A stretch of DNA of 64,000 nucleotides, from positions 22,869 through 86,868 of the forward strand of contig JAJYLG010000004.1 in the NCBI GenBank assembly GCA_021787985.1. The letters run 5' to 3'. The translations under genes and the position numbers were made by a program. The stretch is from Chloroflexota bacterium. GTDB lineage: Bacteria; Chloroflexota; Dehalococcoidia; DSGV01. The notes under the pieces are model-generated. The model was given only the letters and a program-made list of their open reading frames with translations, had not been told where the DNA came from and ran no database searches. Of this stretch, positions 9,149 to 18,095 are shown in pieces; positions within the stretch are counted from its first letter, which is position 1; the number at the start of each line of letters is the position of its first letter.

Positions 9149-10336
9149 CTAGCTCTGGCGTCGCGGCAGCAGGGCGAGGCCCGCGCCCGCCAGCGCGAGC
9201 GCCGCGCCGGCGAGCAGAAGCAAGGCGCGCGACGAGCCGCCCCCAGCCGGCCCCGTGCCCGTCCCCGGCGCCTTGATGATCCCGAGCACCTCGGACACGC
9301 CGGTTGCCGTGCTCGTGGGGGTGGAGGTCGGCGTGGCGGTGGGCGTCGCCGTTGGCGTGAGCGTGGGCGTGCCCGTGGGGGTGGAGGTCGGCGTGGCGGT
9401 GGGCGTCGCCGTTGGCGTCAGCGTGGGCGTGCCCGTGGGGGTGGAGGTCGGCGTGGCGGTGGGCGTCTCCGTGGGCGTTGGCGTCAGCGTGGGCGTGCCC
9501 GTGGGGGTGGAGGTCGGCGTGGCAGTAGGCGTCGCCGTTGGCGTGAGCGTGGGCGTGCCGGTCGGTGTGCCGGTCGGTGTGCCCGTCGGCGTGGCGGTAG
9601 GCGTCTCCGTTGGTGTTGGCGTGAGCGTGGGCGTGCCGGTCGGTGTGCCCGTCGGCGTGGCGGTAGGAGTCTCCGTGGGCGTCGGCGTGAGCGTGGGCGT
9701 GCCGGTCGGTGTGCCCGTCGGCGTGGCGGTGGGCGTCTCCGTGGGCGTTGGCGTGAGCGTGGGCGTGCCGGTCGGTGTGCCCGTCGGCGTGGCGGTGGGC
9801 GTCTCCGTGGGCGTCGGCGTTGGCGTCGGAGTCGCGCAATCCACCCACACGTTGGCCTTCGCCTGGGTATGCAGCAACTCGTACTGGTTGTCTTGCGGCC
9901 CGTCCAGGTAGGCCGTGTTGAATGGGTCGTTGCAACCGGGCGTACCGGGAGCCTCGTTCACGGTGGCGGTCACGGTGAGCTCGCGAGTCTCGCCGGGGCC
10001 GAGGTCGAAGGTCTTGAAGCAGAACCACAGGCCGCTGCCCAACGGCTCGCACCACGAGCTGCCGCCCGGGGCGCTTCCGTTGTCATCCGAGGCAGTCACC
10101 GTGTACGGCGGGGACGAAGGGATATCGGCAACGGTCAGGCCGCCGGCGTCCGCGCCGCCCGTGTTCGACACGACGATGGTGAACGTCACCGAGCCACCGT
10201 TGCTGACGTAGATGGGGCTCGCCTTCTTGGTGATGTCCAGGACTGCTCCCGAAGGGTCCGCTGAGAGAAAGGGCGCGCGCGCGCTCAGGACGCCGGTGCT
10301 CAGCCACACCGTCGCGAGCGTGAGCACACTGAGCAT
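9149..10336 (-). CDS. Secreted DUF11 (conserved repeat domain) protein with a long Thr-Pro repeat linker and a C-terminal AP-G-TG-T-GP + TM + RR anchor
   Basis: Signal peptide [24 protein letters not shown]11-like segment [24 protein letters not shown]. About 180 aa of TPTxTPTGTP repeats. C-terminus [43 protein letters not shown]. Confidence 0.7.
   Translation of the reverse strand: MLSVLTLATVWLSTGVLSARAPFLSADPSGAVLDITKKASPIYVSNGGSVTFTIVVSNTGGADAGGLTVADIPSSPPYTVTASDDNGSAPGGSSWCEPLGSGLWFCFKTFDLGPGETRELTVTATVNEAPGTPGCNDPFNTAYLDGPQDNQYELLHTQAKANVWVDCATPTPTPTPTETPTATPTGTPTGTPTLTPTPTETPTATPTGTPTGTPTLTPTPTETPTATPTGTPTGTPTLTPTPTETPTATPTGTPTGTPTGTPTLTPTATPTATPTSTPTGTPTLTPTPTETPTATPTSTPTGTPTLTPTATPTATPTSTPTGTPTLTPTATPTATPTSTPTSTATGVSEVLGIIKAPGTGTGPAGGGSSRALLLLAGAALALAGAGLALLPRRQS
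9290..9830. repeat. Tandem repeat, about 8 units of 60-66 bp, encoding [22 protein letters not shown]-type linker units
   Basis: Directly visible periodicity in the DNA (ggcgtgagcgtgggcgtgcc...). The antisense frame gives the PVGV-repeat ORF 9255..9911. Confidence 0.85.
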
Positions 10337-10927
10337 CAGCCCGCGCCGCCATCCGCGCCCGGTCACGTTCGCGCCTTTCCGGTCGGTGTGGCCATGCGGT
10401 CTCCCCGCGGAGTGGGGGGGCGGGACGCGCCCCTCACCTCCCTGGGGCCACGCTGAGCCCTCGCTCGGTGACACTTCAATGGCGGTGGTGGCACGTTCCG
10501 GTTAGGATCCCGCGAAGAGCGAGCAAGGGACTGGTGACAAGATCGTTACTTCGGTGACGTCCACGTCACCGGATCACGTCGCTCGTTCCCGAGCGGGGAG
10601 CGCGTGGCTCGGGGCGGGGCGACGGCGTGAGCGCGGTCCCGGCCGCGGTCGGTTTTCTTGTCGCGCTCAATACCCGGAAATTTCCCCCGGTAAGGCGACA
10701 GAAGAGGGTTGTCGGGCCACACGTGGCATGTGCTACGCTCGCCCACGTCCAGCGAACCCTTTCCCCCTGCGGACCGGCGGACGGCGCCGGCGCTCAACGG
10801 GACGGCAACCCGCGAAGGCTCGCACGATGCATCGCGCGCGAGCTGGGGGTCGTCGCGCCCTGGGCGCGCGCACGCTCGCCAGCCGCCCAACGCGGGTTTG
10901 GCTCGTACGGGCCTGGAGGCACGGGAC

Positions 10928-12313
10928 ATGCAAAGTTCGGCGCCCGATCGCGTCTGGCAGGCAATCCTGCACCATCTGCGAACGCTGGTCACCGGCCCGG
11001 TCTACCAGACCTGGTTCGATGGCACGGTGGGCATCGCCATCGAGGGCAACCTGCTCACCGTCAACACGCCCAACGACTTCGTCACCGAGTACCTGCGCTC
11101 GCGCCTCGCGGGCGTCGTCGGGCGCGCGGTCGCGGATGTGGCAGGCGCGGACGTGCGCGTCTCCTACCGCTCTGGGACGGTGATCTCCGAGCCGCCGCCG
11201 CCCCCCCTCACCCCACCGCCGGGAGCACCGTCGGCGGCTTCCGCGCCCCTTTTCTCTCACCCGGTGCGGGCGCCGAAGCCGATGCTGCGCCCCGAGTACA
11301 CTTTCGATCGCCTCGTCGTCGGGCGCTGCAACCAGGTCGCGCACTCCGCCGCCGTCGCCGTCGCCGCCGACCCCGGCCGGGTCTATAATCCGCTCTTCTT
11401 CTTCGGCCCCACCGGTGTGGGCAAGAGCCACCTGCTGACCGCGATCGGTCACGAAACCCTCGACCTCGGCCAGCACGTCGCCTTCGTCACCTGCGACCAG
11501 TTCATCAACGAGTTCGTCACCGCGCTGCGCGAGCGCCGCGCCGACGAGTTCCGCCAGCGCTATCGCGCCGCAGACGTCTTCCTGCTCGACGACGTGCACC
11601 AGCTCCAGGGCAAGGAGCAGACGATCGAGGAGTTCTTCAACCTGTTCAACGACCTCCACGCCGCCGGCACCCAGATCGTGCTCACCAGCGACCGCGCGCC
11701 GCGCAGCCTGGGGCTGATCGAGCCGCGCCTGCGCAGCCGCTTCGAGTGGGGGCTGCTCGCCGACGTGTCCGTCCCCGACCTCGAGACCCGCCAGGCGATT
11801 GTCCGGCGCAAGGCCGAAGAGCGGCAGATCGACCTCCCGGTGGAGGTGCTCGACTTCATCGCCCAGCGGTCGGCGGAAAGCGTGCGCGAGCTGGAAGGCA
11901 ACCTGAACCGTGTCATCATGTTCCTCAAGGTCCAGAACAAGCCCACCAGCGTGGCGCTCGCCGCCGAGGCGCTGCGTAGCATAGACGCGCGTCCTGCCGG
12001 GCGCCCGCCGGTTCCCGAGGCGATCGTCGAGGCGGTCTGCGCGTTCTACGGCGTCCGCGAGGCGGAGCTGACGGGCAAGGGCCGCACCGCCCGCGTCGTC
12101 CGCGCCCGCCACGTGGCGATGTTCCTGATGCACCACGACGCCGGCCGCGCGCTCACCGAGATCGGACGCGCCTTGGGCGGCCGCGACCACTCCACGGTCC
12201 TGCACGCGTCCACGAAGATCACCGCGCAGCTCGAGCGCGATGCCGACCTCTGCCGCGAGGTGGAGGAGCTGCGTGCCGTGCTGCAGCGGCGGGAGCGCCG
12301 CGCGGCGGGCTAG
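10928..12313 (+). CDS. dnaA: Chromosomal replication initiator protein DnaA
   Basis: Start MQSSAPDRVWQAILHHLRTL. Walker A GPTGVGKSHLL. AAA+ sensor motifs. C-terminal DNA-binding domain HVAMFLMH...GGRDHSTVLHA. Confidence 0.9.
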   Translation: MQSSAPDRVWQAILHHLRTLVTGPVYQTWFDGTVGIAIEGNLLTVNTPNDFVTEYLRSRLAGVVGRAVADVAGADVRVSYRSGTVISEPPPPPLTPPPGAPSAASAPLFSHPVRAPKPMLRPEYTFDRLVVGRCNQVAHSAAVAVAADPGRVYNPLFFFGPTGVGKSHLLTAIGHETLDLGQHVAFVTCDQFINEFVTALRERRADEFRQRYRAADVFLLDDVHQLQGKEQTIEEFFNLFNDLHAAGTQIVLTSDRAPRSLGLIEPRLRSRFEWGLLADVSVPDLETRQAIVRRKAEERQIDLPVEVLDFIAQRSAESVRELEGNLNRVIMFLKVQNKPTSVALAAEALRSIDARPAGRPPVPEAIVEAVCAFYGVREAELTGKGRTARVVRARHVAMFLMHHDAGRALTEIGRALGGRDHSTVLHASTKITAQLERDADLCREVEELRAVLQRRERRAAG

Positions 12314-12340
12314 GGCGGGCGCCGCACCGCGTCGGCGGCG

Positions 12341-13207
12341 TCAGGGCTTCGCCTGGTAGGTGTAGAACCCGCGCCCTGTCTTGCGGCCCAGGTGCCCGGC
12401 CGCCACCAGCCGCTTCAGCACCGTCGGCGGCTTGAACCGCGCTTCGCCGTACTCCTCGTAGAACGAGTCGGCCACGTGCATCATCGTATCCAGCCCGATC
12501 AGGTCGCTCGTCGCCAGTGGCCCCATCGAGTGGCCGAGCCCGAGCTGGCAGCCGCGGTCGATGTCCTCGGCCGAGGCCACGCCTGATTCGTACAGCCGCA
12601 TCGCGTCCAGCGCCATCGGCACGAAGAGCCGGTTCACCACGAAGCCCGGCGTGTCCTTCACGCGGATCGGCACGTGGCCGACCGCGGTGACGAAGGCGAC
12701 CGCCCGTTCCACCGCTTCGGTCGCGGCCGTGAGCGGCGCCACGATCTCCACCAGCTTGAGCTGCTGGGGCGGGTTGAAGAAGTGGGTCCCTACCACCCGC
12801 TCCGGGTGCCGCGCCGCCGCCGCCATCTCTACCACCGGCAGCGACGACGTGTTCGAGCTCAGCACCACCTCCGAGTCGCAGACTTCGCCCAGCTTCTGAA
12901 ACACCTGCCGCTTGACGTCCGGCAGCTCGACGATCGCCTCCACCACCAGGTCGCGGTCCGCCAAGCGCTGGTACTCCGTCGTCACGCGCAGCCGCCCCAG
13001 CGCCTCGTCGCGCGCGGCCGCGCTCAGCTTGTCGCGCTCCACCAGCCGGCCGAGGTTCTTGCGCACGATCCCCTCACCGCGCTGCGCGAGCTGCTCGTTC
13101 GCCTCCAGGCCGACCACGTCGAGCCCCGCCTGGATGCAGACCTGCGCGATCGCCGCGCCCATCGTCCCGAGTCCGACCACGCCGATCCGCCGCGGTGGCG
13201 CTACCAT
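12341..13207 (-). CDS. 3-hydroxyacyl-CoA (3-hydroxybutyryl-CoA) dehydrogenase
   Basis: Start MVAPPRRIGVVGLGTMGAAIA (NAD Rossmann fold). 3HCDH N- and C-terminal domain motifs. Confidence 0.85.
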   Translation of the reverse strand: MVAPPRRIGVVGLGTMGAAIAQVCIQAGLDVVGLEANEQLAQRGEGIVRKNLGRLVERDKLSAAARDEALGRLRVTTEYQRLADRDLVVEAIVELPDVKRQVFQKLGEVCDSEVVLSSNTSSLPVVEMAAAARHPERVVGTHFFNPPQQLKLVEIVAPLTAATEAVERAVAFVTAVGHVPIRVKDTPGFVVNRLFVPMALDAMRLYESGVASAEDIDRGCQLGLGHSMGPLATSDLIGLDTMMHVADSFYEEYGEARFKPPTVLKRLVAAGHLGRKTGRGFYTYQAKP

Positions 13208-13496
13208 CTTCGTTCCGTACCTCCACGACATCCGGCCATCTATAGACCGCATCTATCGCGGGCATCATAGAAACTCGCACGCCTAGGAGCAACGACCCGC
13301 CGGCCGGCGGCTCTGCCGTCCGGTCTGCCCCGAATCTCAGATCCGTCCTCCCGCCGCCCACGCCTCGAATCCGCCCGGCCCCGCTGACCCGGTGACTGAA
13401 TACGCATCGGTTCTTGACTAATATCGGGGTGCGCGCGCGCCGAGAGTGGTACTAACGCGACGCTGACCACCGCCGCACGCGGGCGACGTCGCAGGG

Positions 13497-15620
13497 GTGC
13501 ACGTGGCCGCCGAACAACAGACGCACGGCGACAGCGAGACACTGAGCCGACTGCTGGAGATCGTTCAGGCAAGCGCGGACCTCATCGGCACCGCCGACCG
13601 GGACGGGCGATTGCTGTACTTCAACCCCGCCGGCCGCCGCCTGCTGGAGATCGGCGACGAGGAGGACATCTCCTCCCTCACGATCGCCGACGTCCACCCG
13701 GAGCGCCTGCGGCCCGTGTTCCTCAACGAGTGGCTTCCGACGACCGTGCGCGAAGGCGTCTGGCGCGTTGAGTGTCCGCTGCTGACCAGGAGCGGCCGAG
13801 AGGTGCCGGTTTCCCTGACCGCCGTCGCGCACAAGAGCGCCGACGGCGCCGTGGCCTTCTTCTCCGCCATCGCCCGTGACGACACCGTGCGCAAGCACGC
13901 TGAAGAGGCGCTCAGGGAGGCCAAGGAGCGGCTCGAGGCCGTCGTCGAGGCATCGCCCGTGGGCATCGTGTCGCTCGATTCGCGGGGAAACGTTCGCACC
14001 TGGAACTCGGCCGCGGAGCGCATCTTCGGCTGGCGAGCGCAGGAGGTGCTGGGGCGTCCCCCGCCCTTCATCCCGCCGGACAAGCAGGAGGAGCATCATG
14101 CCCTGAAGGCGCGCGCGTTGCGAGGCGAGCAGGTGAAGGCGGAGCTGCGCCGGGAGCGACGGGGTGGCATTCCCATCGATGTCGGCATCGCCGTGGCGCC
14201 CCTGCATGACGCCGCCGGGGCGGTCACCGGCCTGATCGCCACCATCGAGGACATCACCGACCGCAAGCGGTTCGAGGAGCGGCTCGGCTACCTGGCCAGC
14301 CACGACCAGCTCACCGGCCTATTCAATCGCCAGCGCTTCGAGGATGAGCTGGAGCGAGAGCTGATCCGTGCCAGGCGCTACGGCACGCACGGCGCGCTGC
14401 TGCTGATGGACCTGGACCGCTTCAAGACGATCAACGACGCGTTGGGCCACCGCGCTGGCGACGAGCTCCTGACCGGCGTTGCCGACCTCCTCCGGCATGA
14501 GGTCCGGGAGATAGACCTCGTCGCTCGCCTGGGGGGCGACGAGTTCGCCGTCATCCTGCCGCAGACCGGCCCGGACCAGGCCCGTGGGGCGGCCGAGCGC
14601 ATTCTGGCAGCCGTGCGCCGGCATGTCTCCGGCCCCGTCAGGCGACCGTTCAAGGTCACCGCCAGCCTCGGGATCGCCCTCTTCCCCGAGCACGCCCGCA
14701 CGGTCGGCCAGCTCCTGGCTCGGGCCGACCTGGCCATGTACTCGGCCAAGGAGAGCGGGCGCGACAACCTGTCCGTCTACCAGCCCGATCGCCGCTGGCA
14801 GGCTCGAGCGCAGTCAGGCATCCGGTGGGAGACGCGCATCCGGGAAGCCTTGGAGAAAGACACCCTCGCGTTCGAGCTGCAGCCCATCGTCGACCTGCGC
14901 AGCCGTGAGGTGTGCCAGTACGAGGTGTTGGCGCGCCTGCCAGGCGAGAAGGGAGAGCTGGTCCCCGCCAGCGCCTTCATCGGGATCGCCGAGGAGCTGG
15001 GCCTCATCCACGCCATCGACCGGAGGGTGGTGCGGCACGCCATTCATCTGATGGCGGAGCAACAGCGTGCTGGCCGGGACGTCCACCTGAGCGTCAACCT
15101 CTCTGCCAAGTCGTTCTCGGATAGTGAGCTGCTGTCCCTCATGCGCAAGGAGCTGACGGTCGCGGGCGTGGACCCCTTCCGCCTCACCCTGGAGGTGACG
15201 GAAACGGCCGCCATCTCCGACATGGGCCAGGCCCGCCGTTTCATCGGCGCGCTCAAGGACCTGGGCTGCCGCTTCGCCCTCGACGATTTCGGCGTCGGCT
15301 TCGCCTCCTTCGACCACCTCAAGCAGTTGCCCGTGGACTACCTGAAGATCGACGGCAGCTTCATCAGCCAGGTCCGCAACAGCGCGGTGGACCAGCACCT
15401 CGTCAAAGCCATGACCGAGGTGGCTCATGCCCTGAGCAAGCGCACCATCGCCGAGTTCGTGGGCGACGAGGAGACGGCGCGACTGCTGCAGGAGTACGGC
15501 GTGGACCTCGGCCAGGGCTACTACCTGGGGCGTCCGCAACCCGTGTCGAGCGTCTGGGGCAGCGATGTCCCGGCGGAGAAAACCGATAGCTCCCGGCGGA
15601 CGCGACGCGCGGCGTCCTGA
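13497..15620 (+). CDS. PAS-PAS-GGDEF-EAL signalling protein (diguanylate cyclase/phosphodiesterase)
   Basis: GTG start at 13497. Two PAS-like segments, GGDEF motif RLGGDEFAVILP, EAL domain with EVLARL, DDFG.G and KIDGSFI. Confidence 0.85.
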   Translation: MHVAAEQQTHGDSETLSRLLEIVQASADLIGTADRDGRLLYFNPAGRRLLEIGDEEDISSLTIADVHPERLRPVFLNEWLPTTVREGVWRVECPLLTRSGREVPVSLTAVAHKSADGAVAFFSAIARDDTVRKHAEEALREAKERLEAVVEASPVGIVSLDSRGNVRTWNSAAERIFGWRAQEVLGRPPPFIPPDKQEEHHALKARALRGEQVKAELRRERRGGIPIDVGIAVAPLHDAAGAVTGLIATIEDITDRKRFEERLGYLASHDQLTGLFNRQRFEDELERELIRARRYGTHGALLLMDLDRFKTINDALGHRAGDELLTGVADLLRHEVREIDLVARLGGDEFAVILPQTGPDQARGAAERILAAVRRHVSGPVRRPFKVTASLGIALFPEHARTVGQLLARADLAMYSAKESGRDNLSVYQPDRRWQARAQSGIRWETRIREALEKDTLAFELQPIVDLRSREVCQYEVLARLPGEKGELVPASAFIGIAEELGLIHAIDRRVVRHAIHLMAEQQRAGRDVHLSVNLSAKSFSDSELLSLMRKELTVAGVDPFRLTLEVTETAAISDMGQARRFIGALKDLGCRFALDDFGVGFASFDHLKQLPVDYLKIDGSFISQVRNSAVDQHLVKAMTEVAHALSKRTIAEFVGDEETARLLQEYGVDLGQGYYLGRPQPVSSVWGSDVPAEKTDSSRRTRRAAS

Positions 15621-15679
15621 GGCGCCGGGCAAATCGCAGACGGTTGGTGGCTTGCGCGGCGACGGCCGTCCGCACGCGA

Positions 15680-16294
15680 TCACAGCAAGCTCAGGAAGGC
15701 CAGCAAGCCGAACGCGGTGATGATCGCGCCCGAGATTCGGTTCACCGAGCGCAGGCCACGCCCGTCGATCCGGGCGCGGAACACGCTCACCGCCCCGGTG
15801 AGCGCCAGCCACCACGCGGCCGAGCCGAGGAAGACGCCGCCCACCAGGGCAGTCGCGCCCAGGTATCGTCCGGAGGCGCCGCCGAGGCCCAACCCGGCAA
15901 AGATCGCCGCGAACGAGATGATGGTCAGCGGGTTCGTCAGAGTGAGGAGGAACGTCGTACCGTACGCGCCAGGCAGGCCGCCCTCCCTCGCTGCCGCGCC
16001 CACCGTGGCGGGTCGCGAGAGGAAGGTCTTCACGCCCAGGTAGCAGAGAAACCCGCCCCCGACGAGACGCAGCCAGGCCTGGTGGCTGATCAAGAGCTGG
16101 GAGACGAAGGTCAGGCCGAAGCCGGCGATGGCGCCGTAGAAGGCGTCAGCGGTGGCCGCCCCCAGACCGGAAGCCAGACCGGCAGCGCGACCCGAAGCGA
16201 GCGTGCGGCGGATGCACAGCACGCCGATCGGCCCGACCGGCGCCGCGATCGAGAAGCCGATCACCAATCCGCGCAAGAGAAGACTGATCGCCAA
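15680..16294 (-). CDS. LysE/RhtB family amino-acid exporter
   Basis: 204 aa. Six-TM profile with N-terminal GLVIGFSIAAPVGPIGVLCI, typical of the LysE family. Confidence 0.8.
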   Translation of the reverse strand: MAISLLLRGLVIGFSIAAPVGPIGVLCIRRTLASGRAAGLASGLGAATADAFYGAIAGFGLTFVSQLLISHQAWLRLVGGGFLCYLGVKTFLSRPATVGAAAREGGLPGAYGTTFLLTLTNPLTIISFAAIFAGLGLGGASGRYLGATALVGGVFLGSAAWWLALTGAVSVFRARIDGRGLRSVNRISGAIITAFGLLAFLSLL

Positions 16295-16427
16295 TCTCCT
16301 CGTCCCGCACGAAGCGCGCCTTCATGACCAGTGTGCGCTCGCTTTCCGCCCGCGACCGAAGTCCTCGCTGCTGCCGCCGGCTCCGCCATCCTAGCACGGC
16401 CGCCCGCGTGCCGCGTACCGGCCGCCT

Positions 16428-16482
16428 TCGCGGGAATGACGAAGGGCGGGTGCGGGAATGACGGGAGAGCGCGGGAATTGGA
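16428..16482. repeat. Copy A of a small dispersed intergenic repeat (GCGGGAATGACG[A/G]..GGG units, 2-3 units)
   Basis: cgcgggaatgacgaagggcgggtgcgggaatgacgggagagcgcgggaattgg. Copy B at 27378..27420 shares 17 of 18 nt (gcgggaatgacggg(g)gagag). Confidence 0.5.
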
Positions 16483-16620
16483 GATCGGGGATCTGAGACC
16501 TGAGAGCCGGGATCCGCCGTCCAGCATCCCCGATCGCAAGTCTCAAATCCGGGCCGCGTGCTGCTACATTCGTGGCGAACGCGGTGCGGCGCCCGCTCCG
16601 CACCAGGCAGGAGCCCGACG

Positions 16621-18000
16621 ATGACGACGAGCGATGACGTCTACACCGAGCCGGCCGGCAGGATCTACGAGCGATACTCGCGTTACGTGAACCACCGCTT
16701 CGCGCGCGTGGTCGAGCTCATCGGCTTCGACAAGGTGTTCACCCGCGCGGAGGGCGCCTGGCTGTGGGACCAGGGCGGCCGCAAGTACCTGGACTTCCTC
16801 GGCGGTTACAGCGTGTTCAACGTCGGACGCAACCACCCGCGCGTGAAGCAGGCCCTGGTCGACTGGCTCCAGCGCGAGGGCGCGAGCCTGGTGCAGATGG
16901 ACTGCAGCCCGCTGGCCGCCGTGCTCGGCCAGAAGCTGGCGCAGCTCACCCCGGGCGCCCTGGACACCAGCTTCTTCACCAACAGCGGCTCCGAGACCAC
17001 CGAGGTCGCGCTCAAGATGGCTCGCAAGTCCACACGCCGGCCGCGCATCCTGCATGCCGAACTCAGCTTCCACGGGCTCACGTTCGGCGCGCTCTCCGTC
17101 ACCGATGACCGGATGTGGCGCGAGGGCTTCGAGCCGCTGCTGCCCGGCACGGCCGTGGTGCCGTTCAACGACCTCGACGCGCTGGAGCGCGAGCTGAGCG
17201 GGCGCGACGTTGCCGCCTTCATCACCGAGCCGATCCAGGGCGAGGCGGGCGTGCGCATCCCGGCGGACGACTACCTGCCCGAGGCCGCTCGGCTGTGCCA
17301 CAAGTACGGCTCGCTCCTCATCGTCGACGAGATCCAGACCGGCTTCGGCCGCACCGGCCGCTGGTTCGCCTGCGATCACTGGGGCGTCGAGCCAGACATC
17401 ATGCTTCTCTCCAAGGCGCTTTCCGGCGGCTACGTCCCGGTCGGCGCGGTCATCACCCGCCGCGCGATCTTCGACAAGGTCTTCGAGGACCTGGCGCACG
17501 CCGTCGTCCACACGACGACCTTCGGCGGCAACGCCATGGCGATGACCGCCGCCCTGGCCGTCATCGAGGTGATGGAGGACGAGGGGCTGGTGGAGAACGC
17601 CGCTTCGGCCGGCGCCATGCTGACGGAGGGCATCGGCCGGCTGGCGCCGCGTTTCGAGATGGTGAAGGAGGTGCGTGGCAAGGGCCTGATGATCGGCGTC
17701 GAGTTCGGCGAGCCGCGTTCGCTCAAGCTGAAGGCGGGCTGGAAGATGGTGCACAAGGCGAGCCAGGGGCTTTTCGGCCAGATGCTCGCCATCCCGCTGA
17801 TGCGCGACCACGGCATCCTGACACAGGTCGCCGGACACAACCTGGATGTGCACAAGCTCGCCCCGCCCTTGATCATCGGCCAGGATGAGATCGACCATTT
17901 CCTGCGCGCCTACGAGAAGGTCCTTGGCGACCTGCACCGCTTCCCCGGCCCGCTGTGGGACCTCGGCATGACGCTCATGAAGAACAGCATCTCCTGGTAG
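16621..18000 (+). CDS. Class III pyridoxal-phosphate aminotransferase (GABA/ornithine/putrescine aminotransferase family)
   Basis: Start MTTSDDVYTEP at 16621. Motifs DEIQTGFGRTG and LSKALSGG (PLP lysine). The N-terminal 21 aa of the listed ORF were rejected. Confidence 0.85.
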   Translation: MTTSDDVYTEPAGRIYERYSRYVNHRFARVVELIGFDKVFTRAEGAWLWDQGGRKYLDFLGGYSVFNVGRNHPRVKQALVDWLQREGASLVQMDCSPLAAVLGQKLAQLTPGALDTSFFTNSGSETTEVALKMARKSTRRPRILHAELSFHGLTFGALSVTDDRMWREGFEPLLPGTAVVPFNDLDALERELSGRDVAAFITEPIQGEAGVRIPADDYLPEAARLCHKYGSLLIVDEIQTGFGRTGRWFACDHWGVEPDIMLLSKALSGGYVPVGAVITRRAIFDKVFEDLAHAVVHTTTFGGNAMAMTAALAVIEVMEDEGLVENAASAGAMLTEGIGRLAPRFEMVKEVRGKGLMIGVEFGEPRSLKLKAGWKMVHKASQGLFGQMLAIPLMRDHGILTQVAGHNLDVHKLAPPLIIGQDEIDHFLRAYEKVLGDLHRFPGPLWDLGMTLMKNSISW

Positions 18001-18095
18001 ACACGGCGTCAAGACCGGCCGAACGCGCGCCCGGACGTGTCTAACCCTCCGCGAGCGTGGCACTCTAGAAACACAGGGAGCAGGAGGTGCGGGTG

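Noticed and set aside
9255-9911. 218-aa PVGV-repeat ORF
   Set aside because: Antisense frame of the Thr-Pro tandem repeat. The sense-strand protein has a signal peptide, DUF11 domain and anchor.
10337-10927. Calling a definite oriC with DnaA boxes
   Set aside because: No convincing TTATCCACA-type boxes by eye and dnaN is not adjacent. Kept only as a low-confidence finding.
10733-12205. 490-aa minus-strand ORF over dnaA
   Set aside because: Antisense shadow of dnaA with no motifs.
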